The translations under genes and the position numbers were made by a program. This document shows positions 47,094 to 57,099 of a DNA stretch of 64,000 nucleotides, piece by piece (the stretch's first letter is position 1; every line of letters begins with the position of its first letter). The notes under the pieces were generated by a model. That model had not been told where the DNA came from and did not search any database. It saw only the letters and a list, made by a program, of their open reading frames with translations. This DNA is from an uncultured Thermoplasmata archaeon. Lineage in GTDB: Archaea; Thermoplasmatota; Thermoplasmata; UBA10834. Location of the stretch: the NCBI GenBank assembly GCA_963719945.1, contig CAVRDX010000001.1, positions 352,001 to 416,000 of the forward strand, in the 5' to 3' direction.

Positions 47094-47310
47094 TTTGCTC
47101 TGCACGCGCGATTGGGCGTACGATATTTGAATGTTCGTGACATAAACGAATTCTCTAAAGCATCTACTGGCCTCTTTTCCAACTTGGTGGTCAAAATGTT
47201 GGTAAAACACGAGAAAATCATTCAATCAAACTGCTGTCGTGCTATTATGCAGTCGTGTGTTCCTAGCAAAGCATTATTACGAACCTCTTGCTAATGTCGA
47301 AACCGAGAAG

Positions 47311-48216
47311 ATGGACGCCCTTCAGAATCAGATACTGAGGCTGAAAGAAGAGAAGAACGCAGTGATACTGGGCCACAACTACCAGCGCAAAGAGGTCCAG
47401 GAGATATCGGACTTCCTCGGCGATTCGTTCGGTCTGTCTGTCCAGGCATCGAAGACGAAGGCTAGCATGATTGTCTTCTGCGGCGTGGACTTCATGGCCG
47501 AATCAGCGAAGATCCTGAATCCAGAGAAGATGGTGCTTCATCCGAACCTGAAATCGAAATGCCCTATGGCTGGTATGGTGGATGTAAAGTCACTCAGGGA
47601 GCTGAAGGCTGAGCACCCCGGGGCACCGGTCGTATCATACGTAAACACGAGCGCCGATGTCAAAGCCGAGACGGACATATGCTGCACATCCGCGAATGCT
47701 GTGAAGATTGTCCAGTCGTTGCCTGACAAGAAGATTATCTTCGTGCCGGACACAAACCTCGGCCTTTACGTTCAGCGGTTCGTCAAGGACAAGGAGATTA
47801 TCTTCTGGCCTGGATACTGTCCCACACACATGAATATCAAGAAAGACGACCTCGTCAAGCTAAGAGCCGAGCATCCTGGTGCAGAGATACTCGTCCATCC
47901 TGAGTGCACGCCGGAGATCATAGACTATGCAGACTACGCATTCTCGACTGAGGGCATCATCAAGCATATCCAGGCATCCGCAAAGAATGAATTCATAATC
48001 GGCACGGAGAGCAACATGTTGCACAGGCTCAGGCGCGAGGCTCCTGGCAAGGTCTTCTATGAGGTACCAAATGCCACCTGTCCGAACATGCGCGAGATAT
48101 CGCTCGAAGACGTTCGTGACTCACTCACTAAGATTCAATACAAGATCGAACTTCCAGCTGATATCATAAGGAAGGCGCGTGTCCCTCTGGAGCGTATGAT
48201 CAAGGCTGGCCGGTAA
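47311..48216 (+). CDS. nadA: Quinolinate synthase
   Basis: ILGHNYQ, FCGVDFMAE, YVNTSA, CPTH, VHPEC, CPNM. Confidence 0.96.
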   Translation: MDALQNQILRLKEEKNAVILGHNYQRKEVQEISDFLGDSFGLSVQASKTKASMIVFCGVDFMAESAKILNPEKMVLHPNLKSKCPMAGMVDVKSLRELKAEHPGAPVVSYVNTSADVKAETDICCTSANAVKIVQSLPDKKIIFVPDTNLGLYVQRFVKDKEIIFWPGYCPTHMNIKKDDLVKLRAEHPGAEILVHPECTPEIIDYADYAFSTEGIIKHIQASAKNEFIIGTESNMLHRLRREAPGKVFYEVPNATCPNMREISLEDVRDSLTKIQYKIELPADIIRKARVPLERMIKAGR

Positions 48217-48227
48217 GGGACCAACTC

Positions 48228-48863
48228 TTAGGTCGCATCCATTATCGGGCCCACCATGAAGTATACTCCGAATATGATCATCAGCGCCCCGCATGTGCCA
48301 AAGACCAATTCGTGGACGAGTGGAGTCCAGAGATGTTTGCTTCTGAAAACAGCGAATGATGTGAAGCTGTACCATGCGAGGTCGCAGCTCCAGTGTACTA
48401 TCGCGAATGCGAGGACCACAATCGGTCCGAACCATTGAGCCGAGAAGATCAGCAATGCGCCAACCGTTGCCCACCATAGAAAGAAGTATGGGTTCGCGGA
48501 GGTCGTTATGATCCCCGCCATGAAGGCGCCTCCAGGTATGGAATCCTTTCCAGATGTCACGATCTCCTTTCTGCGTCTCACCATCATTATACCCATGAAG
48601 GCAAGCAGGAAACCTCCCACTAGACCTATGCCCAGCATGATCATTGAATCCTCGAATACGTAGCCCATGCTGAGGACTATCAATGCCATCAGCGGGAATT
48701 CGATCAGCCCGTGACCAAGCGCTATCCGGATGCCCGCTTTCTCATCCCTATAGCCTTTCGCTATGGTGGCCGCTAGGACTGGACCTGGCATCATGACTCC
48801 CGAGAACGATATCACGATTGCCATCCCGAAGAATATCCAGATGTTCTCACTGACTGGGTCCAC
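48228..48863 (-). CDS. LysE family exporter
   Basis: SGVMMPGP, GHGLIE, NPYFFLWW; about 6 TM segments. Confidence 0.88.
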   Translation of the reverse strand: MDPVSENIWIFFGMAIVISFSGVMMPGPVLAATIAKGYRDEKAGIRIALGHGLIEFPLMALIVLSMGYVFEDSMIMLGIGLVGGFLLAFMGIMMVRRRKEIVTSGKDSIPGGAFMAGIITTSANPYFFLWWATVGALLIFSAQWFGPIVVLAFAIVHWSCDLAWYSFTSFAVFRSKHLWTPLVHELVFGTCGALMIIFGVYFMVGPIMDAT

Positions 48864-48953
48864 GATACCCAGACTGTCGGGCGTGTCTATATAACCGACG
48901 CGCCGGAACCCTTGGGCCGATGCTCAAATATCACGAGCGCATTAGCTCTGAAA

Positions 48954-49018
48954 GATGATGAGAACTGGGTCAGCTGAGGTCTCATGACCTGTGATGAACC
49001 CTATGAGTGCTGAACATC
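48954..49018 (+). ncRNA. Box C/D sRNA, probable guide for Cm34 of intron-containing pre-tRNA-Met (sR-tMet-like)
   Basis: C box ATGATGA 48955-61, D' CTGA 48974-77, C' GTGATGA 48991-97, D CTGA 49010-13, two 12-nt guides. D guide ACCCUAUGAGUG is complementary to CACUCAUAGGGU. Confidence 0.88.
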
Positions 49019-49036
49019 CTCGGAAAAGAATAACTC

Positions 49037-49065
49037 GGCGCACGGAACAGCGTGTCCGTGCCGCC
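49037..49065. terminator. Hairpin between the C/D sRNA and the convergent rubrerythrin gene
   Basis: GCACGGA/TCCGTGC stem with T-rich tracts on both strands. Confidence 0.5.
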
Positions 49066-49076
49066 ATTTAGTTTTT

Positions 49077-49616
49077 TTAGAGTTCGACCTTGCCGTAGTC
49101 TATCTCGCAGATCCGCTTGAAGTATCCTTTGGGGTGCTGGCAGTTGGGGCAACTTTCCGGCGCCTCATTCCCCTTATGGAGGTAGCCACAGTTGGTGCAG
49201 AACCATATCTCGCTCTTGTCTGACTTGTACAGGGAACCTGCCTTCAGTCTGTCCAAGAGCAGTCTGTATCTCTTTGCGTGGTGCTTCTCGATACTTATCA
49301 CGTGCTCGAAGAACTTGGCAGCAGCTTCATTGCCCTCTTCGCGCGCAACCTTGGCGAACTCAGGGTACATGCTGGTCCACTCATGGGTCTCGCCTTCGAA
49401 GGCCTTCTTGAGGTTCTCCTCCGTCGTTCCGACCATCTTGAGCAACTTGATGAGCATCGCTGCGTGCTCATACTCGTTCTCAGCGGTCTCCATGAAGATC
49501 TTCGCTATCGCTTGGTGACCTTCTTTGTTGGCCGCCCCGGCCCATTTGACGTACTTCGCCCTTGCCTCGCTCTCTCCTGCGAGGGCAGCTTTCAGGTTTT
49601 CTTCCGTCTTGCTCAG
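49077..49616 (-). CDS. rbr: Rubrerythrin
   Basis: KTEENLKAALAGES, ENEYEHA, EKHHAKR, and rubredoxin-like CTNCG...CPNC; probable CTG start. Confidence 0.95.
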   Translation of the reverse strand: MSKTEENLKAALAGESEARAKYVKWAGAANKEGHQAIAKIFMETAENEYEHAAMLIKLLKMVGTTEENLKKAFEGETHEWTSMYPEFAKVAREEGNEAAAKFFEHVISIEKHHAKRYRLLLDRLKAGSLYKSDKSEIWFCTNCGYLHKGNEAPESCPNCQHPKGYFKRICEIDYGKVEL

Positions 49617-49713
49617 AATATCTCCTCGCCCAGGCAATCATGTACTATCATATGAATTCAACCCAGAACCTGTTCGCCAAAAGGGCACTCTCAATTCCTG
49701 TTGCTAATGGAGA

Positions 49714-50229
49714 TTAAGACTGCAGCATGACGATGTACTCGATGAATCTGCTGAGCGGCATGCCTTCATTCCAGCGCATTATGAGATTTCCCTCTTTCGA
49801 AGGTGTTATCTTGGGGAGTCGCTGGTAGATGGGTTTAAGTCTTCCATTGATCGGTCCAATGTCAAGTGTGAATATTCGCCACGCGTCCCCTCTCTGCCGC
49901 TTGTACCTGAATGCGTATATAGGCATCAGTCCCACACGCCTGCAGTCATCCATCATCTCCTGCGCTTGGATCGCGAGCTTCTCGTTTCTGCTAAACCTAA
50001 GCACATCGCTGGTGGAGCTCTTTACCTCTATCGGCAGGGAGAGTTCCGAGCGTATTGCAACGAGGTCTATTCCGAGAGAGCCAGCTCCTCTGACGACCAT
50101 AAATGGTCTCTCTCGTATCTTGAGATATCCCGCCTTCTCCTGCTCGTCGCAAGTTTTGGTAATTCTGCTGAGGACGTCCTCGTTTGCAGCAAGAATGCCC
50201 TTGAGCTCACGCTCAAAAATCTTACCCAT
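49714..50229 (-). CDS. hjc: Holliday junction resolvase Hjc-like nuclease
   Basis: G..FEREL, VVRGAGSLGIDLVA, IEVKS. Confidence 0.8.
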   Translation of the reverse strand: MGKIFERELKGILAANEDVLSRITKTCDEQEKAGYLKIRERPFMVVRGAGSLGIDLVAIRSELSLPIEVKSSTSDVLRFSRNEKLAIQAQEMMDDCRRVGLMPIYAFRYKRQRGDAWRIFTLDIGPINGRLKPIYQRLPKITPSKEGNLIMRWNEGMPLSRFIEYIVMLQS

Positions 50230-50407
50230 CGCCTTCTGGTGCATATCCTGCTGAAGGATTAAATCCCTTTTGGGGGGTGATGCGAAAATGCATTCGCATG
50301 TCCAGGATTGATGTCTTCTCTCTGACAAACATGGAGAAACATTAATCAAGTGCTCGAATCAGTTACTTGGATGAATCGGTCATCTTGTTCAATGGAGCGA
50401 TTAGGCT

Positions 50408-50686
50408 ATGCCAAAATGTAATTGCTGGACCTTCATGAAGTGCGGAAGGGAACCTGGTGGATTCGCAACGGGTGATCTCGGGATATGCCCCGCTGCGATC
50501 GCAAACGAGCACGATGGTATCAATGATGGAAAGAATGCTGGACGGTTCTGCTGGACCGTGGCAGGAACATTATGCTCTGGGAAACCTTCTGGTAGATTCA
50601 TATCCAAGCTGTCGGTATGCATGAACTGCGAATTTTACCGTGCAGTCGTGAAGGAAGAAGGGCCGAACCTTACGGTCAAATCCTGA
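50408..50686 (+). CDS. Small Cys-rich two-CW-type domain protein
   Basis: NCWTFMKC...CPA...GRFCWTVAGTLC...CMNCEFY. Confidence 0.75.
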   Translation: MPKCNCWTFMKCGREPGGFATGDLGICPAAIANEHDGINDGKNAGRFCWTVAGTLCSGKPSGRFISKLSVCMNCEFYRAVVKEEGPNLTVKS

Positions 50687-50699
50687 TAGTGCATTCTCT

Positions 50700-51212
50700 T
50701 CATTTCTCTTCGCAATACTCTATGGCTGCGCGGTCCATCTCATCCAGCTCGAGGTCGTCTGGTATGTCTGTCATGAATTTGGCCCGTTCCGATCCGGTCA
50801 AGTTTGAATCGTCGGTGATGGCCGAGTAGACTATGTACAACCTCTTTATGGTGACTTCCTTGTAGTGCCGGACGACGTCAAACATGGCTATGAGTTGCCG
50901 GCTCCTCAGAGTGACTCCACAGGTCTCCTTGGCAATCCTCGTCACCGATTCTTCGACCTTCTCATAGGTGTTGATGAATCCCGAGGGAAGCGACCACTTG
51001 CCACTGGATTCTGGCTCGATAAGCACAGTGCCCTTCTCTCCCATGACTACAAGGATGACCCTGCCCTTGCAGGGAGTGTAATCCAGGTCCGCATTTGCCC
51101 CTTTCATGTCGTACTCGAACTTGCGAACCTTCAACTCTGGTGTGCTCATGGCGAGCTCATCGATCTCATCTGCCGCCGGCAGCTCTAGGAGCATTCGTGC
51201 TGGTTTGTTCAA
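50700..51212 (-). CDS. Nudix-fold protein with degenerate Nudix box
   Basis: WSLPSGFINTYEKVEESVTRIAKETCGV; TTG start overlaps the aspS stop. Confidence 0.7.
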   Translation of the reverse strand: MNKPARMLLELPAADEIDELAMSTPELKVRKFEYDMKGANADLDYTPCKGRVILVVMGEKGTVLIEPESSGKWSLPSGFINTYEKVEESVTRIAKETCGVTLRSRQLIAMFDVVRHYKEVTIKRLYIVYSAITDDSNLTGSERAKFMTDIPDDLELDEMDRAAIEYCEEK

Positions 51213-52537
51213 GGGGTCAACCTCAGCCTGTCTCTCGGATATAGAACGGTCTCTCTTATGTTGGGCAGGTTCAGCATCTTCTGAACGAATCGTTCAACGC
51301 CAAAGCCGAAGCCACCATGCGGGGGCATGCCGTATCTGAAGGCTTTCAAGTAGAATTCGAACGAGTCTAGGTTCAGGTTGTTCTCGCGCATCTGCTCCGT
51401 GAGGACATCATATCTGTGCTCCCTCTGCCCGCCGGAGACTATCTCCTGTCCTCTGTAATCCAGATCGAAGTACCCCGTCAGCTCCGGGTTGAGATCGTTC
51501 CGTTTGGCGTAGAAAGTGCTTCTCTTAAGGGATGTAGGGAACTCTGTGATGAAATAAAGTTCAATCCCTCTGTCCTTCATCATGATGTCTCCCAGGAGCT
51601 TTTCCCCCTCGGTTCCTAGGTCCTCCCCGTGCTCTATCTTCAGTCCATTCGAGGTGACCATTTCGATGGCTTCGTTGTATGTCACCTTTGGGAATGGGAT
51701 CGTTGGGTCCTTTACATCAATCTCGAGTATTTCCAGCTCCTTCTTGCATTTCTCGCGCACGTGCTTCAGGCTGCTGACAACGATGCCCTCAGCGACGTCC
51801 ATGACATCATCAGACGATTTGATGAATGCAAGCTCAACATCCAGCGAGGTGAATTCCGCTATGTGTCTTATAGTATCGGAAGCCTCCGCTCTGAACGCTG
51901 GAGCTATCTCGAATATCTTGTCGAGGCCTGACGCCATTAGGTTCTGCTTGTATAGCTGTGGGCTCTGGGCAAGGTATGCGTTCTTGTCGAAGTACTTGAT
52001 CGGGAATAATGTGGCACCGCCCTCCGCTCCTGCAGCCACAATCTTGGGTGTACTGACCTCGGTGAAACTCTGCGACGTGAGGTAGCTCCTTATGCCCTCC
52101 AACGTCCTCGCCTTTATCTTGAATATCGCCCGGATCTCCTCCTTCCTGAGATCCAGGAATCTGTTGTTCAGTCTAGTGTCCAGGTCTGCGCCGACCTTGT
52201 CCACGACCCCGAGCGGAAGAGGGGTCTCAGCAGCATTGACAACGGTAACGTTGTCCGGAAGTATCTCGTAACCCGCCTTCGCCTCCTTGCTCTCCTTCAC
52301 GATTCCGGTGACGATCACAACGGATTCACGCGGGATCGAGGCGACCTGCTCGAAAATCTCTTTGTTCCTCTTCTTGAGCATGGTCACTTGGATCACGCCG
52401 TATGCGTCCCTGAGCTGGAGGAATGATATGCCTCCGAGGTTCCTCAGGTCCTGGACCCATCCACCGACGGTCACCTGCTGGCCATAGTGTTCAGAAGATA
52501 TCTCTCTTGAATATGTTATGTGCTGCCATGAGGGCAA
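51209..52537 (-). CDS. aspS: Aspartate--tRNA ligase (archaeal type, probably non-discriminating)
   Basis: OB-fold GGWV..R.LG, YLAQSPQLYKQ, FRAE, GMPPHGGFGFGVER. Confidence 0.96.
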   Translation of the reverse strand: MPSWQHITYSREISSEHYGQQVTVGGWVQDLRNLGGISFLQLRDAYGVIQVTMLKKRNKEIFEQVASIPRESVVIVTGIVKESKEAKAGYEILPDNVTVVNAAETPLPLGVVDKVGADLDTRLNNRFLDLRKEEIRAIFKIKARTLEGIRSYLTSQSFTEVSTPKIVAAGAEGGATLFPIKYFDKNAYLAQSPQLYKQNLMASGLDKIFEIAPAFRAEASDTIRHIAEFTSLDVELAFIKSSDDVMDVAEGIVVSSLKHVREKCKKELEILEIDVKDPTIPFPKVTYNEAIEMVTSNGLKIEHGEDLGTEGEKLLGDIMMKDRGIELYFITEFPTSLKRSTFYAKRNDLNPELTGYFDLDYRGQEIVSGGQREHRYDVLTEQMRENNLNLDSFEFYLKAFRYGMPPHGGFGFGVERFVQKMLNLPNIRETVLYPRDRLRLTP

Positions 52538-52571
52538 TTGGATGCACCTTCTTCGCGTAACCGGGTCGGAC

Positions 52572-53486
52572 CTATTTACTACTTCCGTGAACCGTCTTTT
52601 GGCTTCTCTCCGCGATGATTATTCCTATCACGATGACAAACCCGCATAATGCGGTCCACATTGCAACACTCTCTCCCCTGATGATCCATGCGAAAACTGA
52701 TGCGAATACTGGCATGAGGTAGATGAAGAACGCCATCTTCGACACCTCCTCATGTTCCAAGGATCGGAGATACAGCAATGATGAGAGTCCCGCGCAGAAT
52801 ATCCCTAGGACCAAGAGGTTGCTTGTGGAGGATAGGGTGAATTCAGCCACGGGTGTCTGCTCGAAGGGCACTGCTACCGCGAGCATGACCGTTCCGAAGA
52901 CAAGAGCGAGTCCGATGATCAGGTCCGGTGGACTGCTGTTCATCATCTTCTTAGCGGAGACCCATGCGAGACCGTATGATGTAGCGGAGATGAATATGAG
53001 CAAGTTGCTCACGAAGCTCTCGTCCTCCAGGGATATGTTGCCATGGGCCACGAGAAGAATGGTTCCCGCCATGGCCACCACGCTGCCCATCGCCTTCATC
53101 GATGTCATCCGTTCCCTCAGCAGGAGGACCGCGAACAACAAGGTCATGACTGGTCCAGAGGACTGTATGACCGAAGCGACGGACGAAGTGCCGTGCATGA
53201 GCCCCATGTTCTGCGTGATGTTGGGGATAGTCACATAAAGCGCTCCCATGAGCACCAGGGACCAGCGCTCCTTCATGATGGTGGCCCGTATCTCCGATAG
53301 GCTGTATGTGAGGAGAATGAAGACACCGAAGATTGTGGAAGCGATCCCGAACCTTAGGAACCCGAGCATTATCGGTGAGAAGCTGGTGAGTGCATCTTGT
53401 GTAAGTGGAAACGCGAGTCCCCACAGCGCGACGGCAGAAATCGCAGAGCCAGATATGATCCACTGCTTCGGCTTGGGTGACGCCAT
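52572..53486 (-). CDS. EamA/DMT family transporter
   Basis: LWGLAFP and two EamA repeats. Confidence 0.88.
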   Translation of the reverse strand: MASPKPKQWIISGSAISAVALWGLAFPLTQDALTSFSPIMLGFLRFGIASTIFGVFILLTYSLSEIRATIMKERWSLVLMGALYVTIPNITQNMGLMHGTSSVASVIQSSGPVMTLLFAVLLLRERMTSMKAMGSVVAMAGTILLVAHGNISLEDESFVSNLLIFISATSYGLAWVSAKKMMNSSPPDLIIGLALVFGTVMLAVAVPFEQTPVAEFTLSSTSNLLVLGIFCAGLSSLLYLRSLEHEEVSKMAFFIYLMPVFASVFAWIIRGESVAMWTALCGFVIVIGIIIAERSQKTVHGSSK

Positions 53487-53586
53487 TACTCCTGGCATGG
53501 CGAACCCCCATTTTAGACTATTGATTCATCAGATGCCTTCATGGCTCATATTCCTAAAACGAGCATTAGGTAGGGGTCGTGCTGCA

Positions 53587-54999
53587 TCAGCTGGTTCCAG
53601 AGTTCTTGGCCGGCTTCTTATCGATCAGCTCCAGCCGCTTCCCCTCGTCGTAGAGACATCTGACGGCCTTCGCTGCTCGCATGGCTGATGGGTACACGGG
53701 TATGTTCTTGACACGCAGGTCCTGGACCACCTCGTTGATCTCGGGTCCACCCACCCAGCATGCGATGATTGGCTTCTTCAGATTCCTCTTCTCCTCGACC
53801 AGTTTGATGACCGCGCCGACGTACTCCCTCGGCCTCGCTATCCCTGCATGGACGCAGGTCATGATGAGCGCATCCACATTCGGGTCGTTCAGCATTATTG
53901 CGCCTGTTGCATGATATCTGTGGAACCTCGCGTCTCCAGTAACGTCCACAGGGTTCCTCGCGGTGGATATTGATGGCAGGTGTGGTCTAAGGGCTTCAGC
54001 GGTCTTCTTTGAGATGTTGGGTACCCTGAGCCCGAGAGACTCGCACCAATCAGCTATCATTATGCCCGCCCCTCCGCCGTTGGATATGATGCCGACTCGG
54101 TTCCCATGTATCGCGGGTTGGTATGCCAACGCCCTCGCCAAATCGAAGAGTTCGTCGACGTCGTATGCTCTTTGGATATGTACTTGTCTGAATGCGGAAT
54201 CGTAAACAGCATCTGACCCACTCAATGCGCCAGTGTGTGTCGATGCCGCCGCGGAGCCTGCGACGGTTCTCCCGGCTTTTATCGCCACTATCGGCTTGCT
54301 GCACCTTCTGGCTGCATCCAGGAACTTCTTGCCGTCCTTGATACCCTCTATGTACATCGCGATGACTTTCGTCTCTTTGTCTGCGTCCAGATAGTCTATC
54401 AGGTCCGCATCATCGATATCGGCCTTGTTGCCGACGCTGATCACTCTAGATAGGCCGATGTGCTCGCCGTTAGCGTAATAGATCATGCCGACGCAAAGCG
54501 CTCCGCTCTGACTTATGAGTGCGATCTCGCCCTTCTGGGGCATGCCGAAAACGAACGCGGCATCGAGGTTGTCTATCGGGTCCTTGTATCCGAGCGTGTT
54601 TGGTCCGACGAGCCTTATGCCTCCCTTGCGGGCGATATCCAGTATCTCTGCTTCCAGCTGCTTTCCCCGCTCGCCGGTCTCTCCGAACCCTGAGGATATG
54701 ACGACCACGCCCTTGACTTTCTTCCTGGCGCACTCCATCATGACCTTGGGCACGAACTCCGCAGGGACGGCCACTATCACGAGGTCTATGTCTTCCTTGA
54801 CTGCGAGGACGCTCGGCTGCGTCTTCAGTCCCATTATCTCGGGGGTCTCAGGGTTGATCGGATAGACCTTTCCCCGGTAGCCATGAACTAGGATGTTCTG
54901 CAGAATCTCATAACCGATCTTCATAGGGCTTCTCGAGGCACCTACGACTGCGATCGACTTTGGCGAGAAGATAGGTCTCAGGTCCTCAACGGTTCCCAT
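53587..54999 (-). CDS. acdA: ADP-forming acyl-CoA synthetase alpha subunit
   Basis: PKSIAVVGAS, GPNTLG, SQSGA, phospho-His STHTGAL, NPVD. Confidence 0.9.
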   Translation of the reverse strand: MGTVEDLRPIFSPKSIAVVGASRSPMKIGYEILQNILVHGYRGKVYPINPETPEIMGLKTQPSVLAVKEDIDLVIVAVPAEFVPKVMMECARKKVKGVVVISSGFGETGERGKQLEAEILDIARKGGIRLVGPNTLGYKDPIDNLDAAFVFGMPQKGEIALISQSGALCVGMIYYANGEHIGLSRVISVGNKADIDDADLIDYLDADKETKVIAMYIEGIKDGKKFLDAARRCSKPIVAIKAGRTVAGSAAASTHTGALSGSDAVYDSAFRQVHIQRAYDVDELFDLARALAYQPAIHGNRVGIISNGGGAGIMIADWCESLGLRVPNISKKTAEALRPHLPSISTARNPVDVTGDARFHRYHATGAIMLNDPNVDALIMTCVHAGIARPREYVGAVIKLVEEKRNLKKPIIACWVGGPEINEVVQDLRVKNIPVYPSAMRAAKAVRCLYDEGKRLELIDKKPAKNSGTS

Positions 55000-55119
55000 C
55001 AGTGACTCACTGTTGACGAATAGCGGACTATGTCAGTTTAAGCCTTTCTAATCGAATCCTACCATCGATGTGGTTGCATGATGATCGTCAGGGGACCCCG
55101 CTGGCACCGATGTTCAAGT

Positions 55120-57099
55120 CTAGTTCGCCTTGGGGAACTCTACTGAGAACACCGTGCCCTTGGCATGATCTCCTGAGACTCGGTCTTCCACTGCGACCCG
55201 CCCACCATAGGTCTCAGTCAGAGTCCGCACGATGGTCAGGCCTAGACCTAATCCTTTTAGTTGGCTGATGGTCGTGAGCCGCTCATATCTCTTGAAGAGG
55301 AACTCCTTCTTGTTCGGATGCACCCCTGTTCCCTCGTCGATCACGCACACTTTCCAAGACGGCGTCTTCTCATCCATGGCCGATTCCATGATCTTGACCG
55401 TCACGGGCTTACCATTCCCATACTTGACCGCGTTGGTGAGCAGGTTGATGAATATCTCATTGGCGAACTCCCCCGCTTCGATGATGAACGGTCCACCTGA
55501 GTAATCTCGTATGATCTTCACACCCATCCTGTCTGCCATAGTCTTCGTATCTGAGATGGTCGTATCCAGTATGTGAACAAGGTCTACTTTGACCATATTC
55601 TCTTTGCCCGTGGCCTTCGCCTTTGCGAGCTTGGCGATCCTATCGACAAGCAAATCCACCTTATTCATCTGTCCCAGGGCGGTCTTTGTCATCTCTCCTT
55701 TCTGTTCCTGAGACATCTTTTCATCGCCTATCAATTCCATGATACCCTTCGCAATGCTGGTGTGATTGCTGATGTCATGGACCAGGAGATCATTGTAGAG
55801 CTGCAGCATGGTTCTTATATCATCCAATTTCTCCTTGGCTTCCTCGAAATCAGTTATATCAAGCCCGATTTCAAGCCTCACCAGCCGCCCATCGGACCAT
55901 TCGATCGCCCTGTCGGATAGACGGTATTTGCGTCCCGTGTTGGTGTTCTGGAAATCCCATACATACGAACCGGTCGGGTTCCCGTCCTTCAGCAGGTACT
56001 TATTCGTGCAGAACGGGCATGGACCATCCATACCCGTCTGGATCACTTTGTAGCATATCTTCCCAACCAGATTATTTCCAAAAGCTTCTTTCATCGGCCT
56101 GTTCGTGGCAAGAATTTCGTAAGTATCCATGTCGGCGACGTATACGATCGCGCCGAGTTCGTTCAGTATCGTGAGTACTTCGTCATGTTCGCTCTTGAGA
56201 TACTCGGCTTTGCGGGAGAGCAGTCTTATCATGCGAGAATTATCATATGCGAGCCCTATCTGCGAGGTCACCGCTTCGAGCAATTTGATCTCGTGCGCGG
56301 ATATCTTCCTCTCGGAGTATGATCCTAGTATCAATGCCCCGAGGATTCTCCCCCGCGCCAGAATCGGTATGCCTATCGCGCACCTTATGGATGGGTTGTT
56401 CGGGACTAGATGTCGGTCGATGAATTCATCGAACTCGCCATGTCTCGTGACAGTCGCGATGTCACGAATGACCTTCGTGCCTATCTTGTCCAGAACCCTT
56501 CGAGCAAAATCATCGCTCCCAGGGATCTCGGCCTGGAATCCCTTGGCATCGATCATCATTACCGCACCGTGCGTGCACCCCAGCAGATTCTGGCATGTTT
56601 CGAGCAGCTTCATCAGCAATTCTCTTTCATCTACCGCTTCCTGAGCGGAGACGAGGCCGATCAGAGTGCCCGCCGAGAACTCTTTTCTCCTGGTATCCTC
56701 AAACGTCTCGCCAAAAGTAATAGTCACCCAGTTCATGACTTCGATGATCTTCTTGACGTCCCGATAGACTTCATCGGAAATATGCTCCTTGTTGGTCTCC
56801 AATACCGCGTCGACGACTATCTCTGTGGCCAGAGAAATGGACTTCATAACTTCGTTGAACCTGAACCCACCGGAACTCCTGGCAGGGGCAATACGCTGGC
56901 TGTACTCCATGAGCCCTGAGTAATCGCCTTCTGCGACCGCAAGATAGACACCATCGATCCAATCCTCAGCCGATTTCTGGAGTATTTCATCCGGCAGAAC
57001 CTGATATCTTGGAATCGATTCCCTGACTTCCTTTACCCAGCGGTCAAGCAAGTCTGCTTTTCTGGTCTTCAGTATACCTGAAAGACTGTTCTCAGGCAA
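55120..57099 (-). CDS. Cytoplasmic sensor histidine kinase (RsbRD_N-like, GAF, PAS, HisKA, HATPase)
   Basis: HDISNH, NLLTNAVKY, DEGTGV, GLGLGL; GAF IPILARGRILGAL; PAS CYKVI...PCPFC. TTG start after GGAGG. Confidence 0.9.
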   Translation of the reverse strand: MPENSLSGILKTRKADLLDRWVKEVRESIPRYQVLPDEILQKSAEDWIDGVYLAVAEGDYSGLMEYSQRIAPARSSGGFRFNEVMKSISLATEIVVDAVLETNKEHISDEVYRDVKKIIEVMNWVTITFGETFEDTRRKEFSAGTLIGLVSAQEAVDERELLMKLLETCQNLLGCTHGAVMMIDAKGFQAEIPGSDDFARRVLDKIGTKVIRDIATVTRHGEFDEFIDRHLVPNNPSIRCAIGIPILARGRILGALILGSYSERKISAHEIKLLEAVTSQIGLAYDNSRMIRLLSRKAEYLKSEHDEVLTILNELGAIVYVADMDTYEILATNRPMKEAFGNNLVGKICYKVIQTGMDGPCPFCTNKYLLKDGNPTGSYVWDFQNTNTGRKYRLSDRAIEWSDGRLVRLEIGLDITDFEEAKEKLDDIRTMLQLYNDLLVHDISNHTSIAKGIMELIGDEKMSQEQKGEMTKTALGQMNKVDLLVDRIAKLAKAKATGKENMVKVDLVHILDTTISDTKTMADRMGVKIIRDYSGGPFIIEAGEFANEIFINLLTNAVKYGNGKPVTVKIMESAMDEKTPSWKVCVIDEGTGVHPNKKEFLFKRYERLTTISQLKGLGLGLTIVRTLTETYGGRVAVEDRVSGDHAKGTVFSVEFPKAN

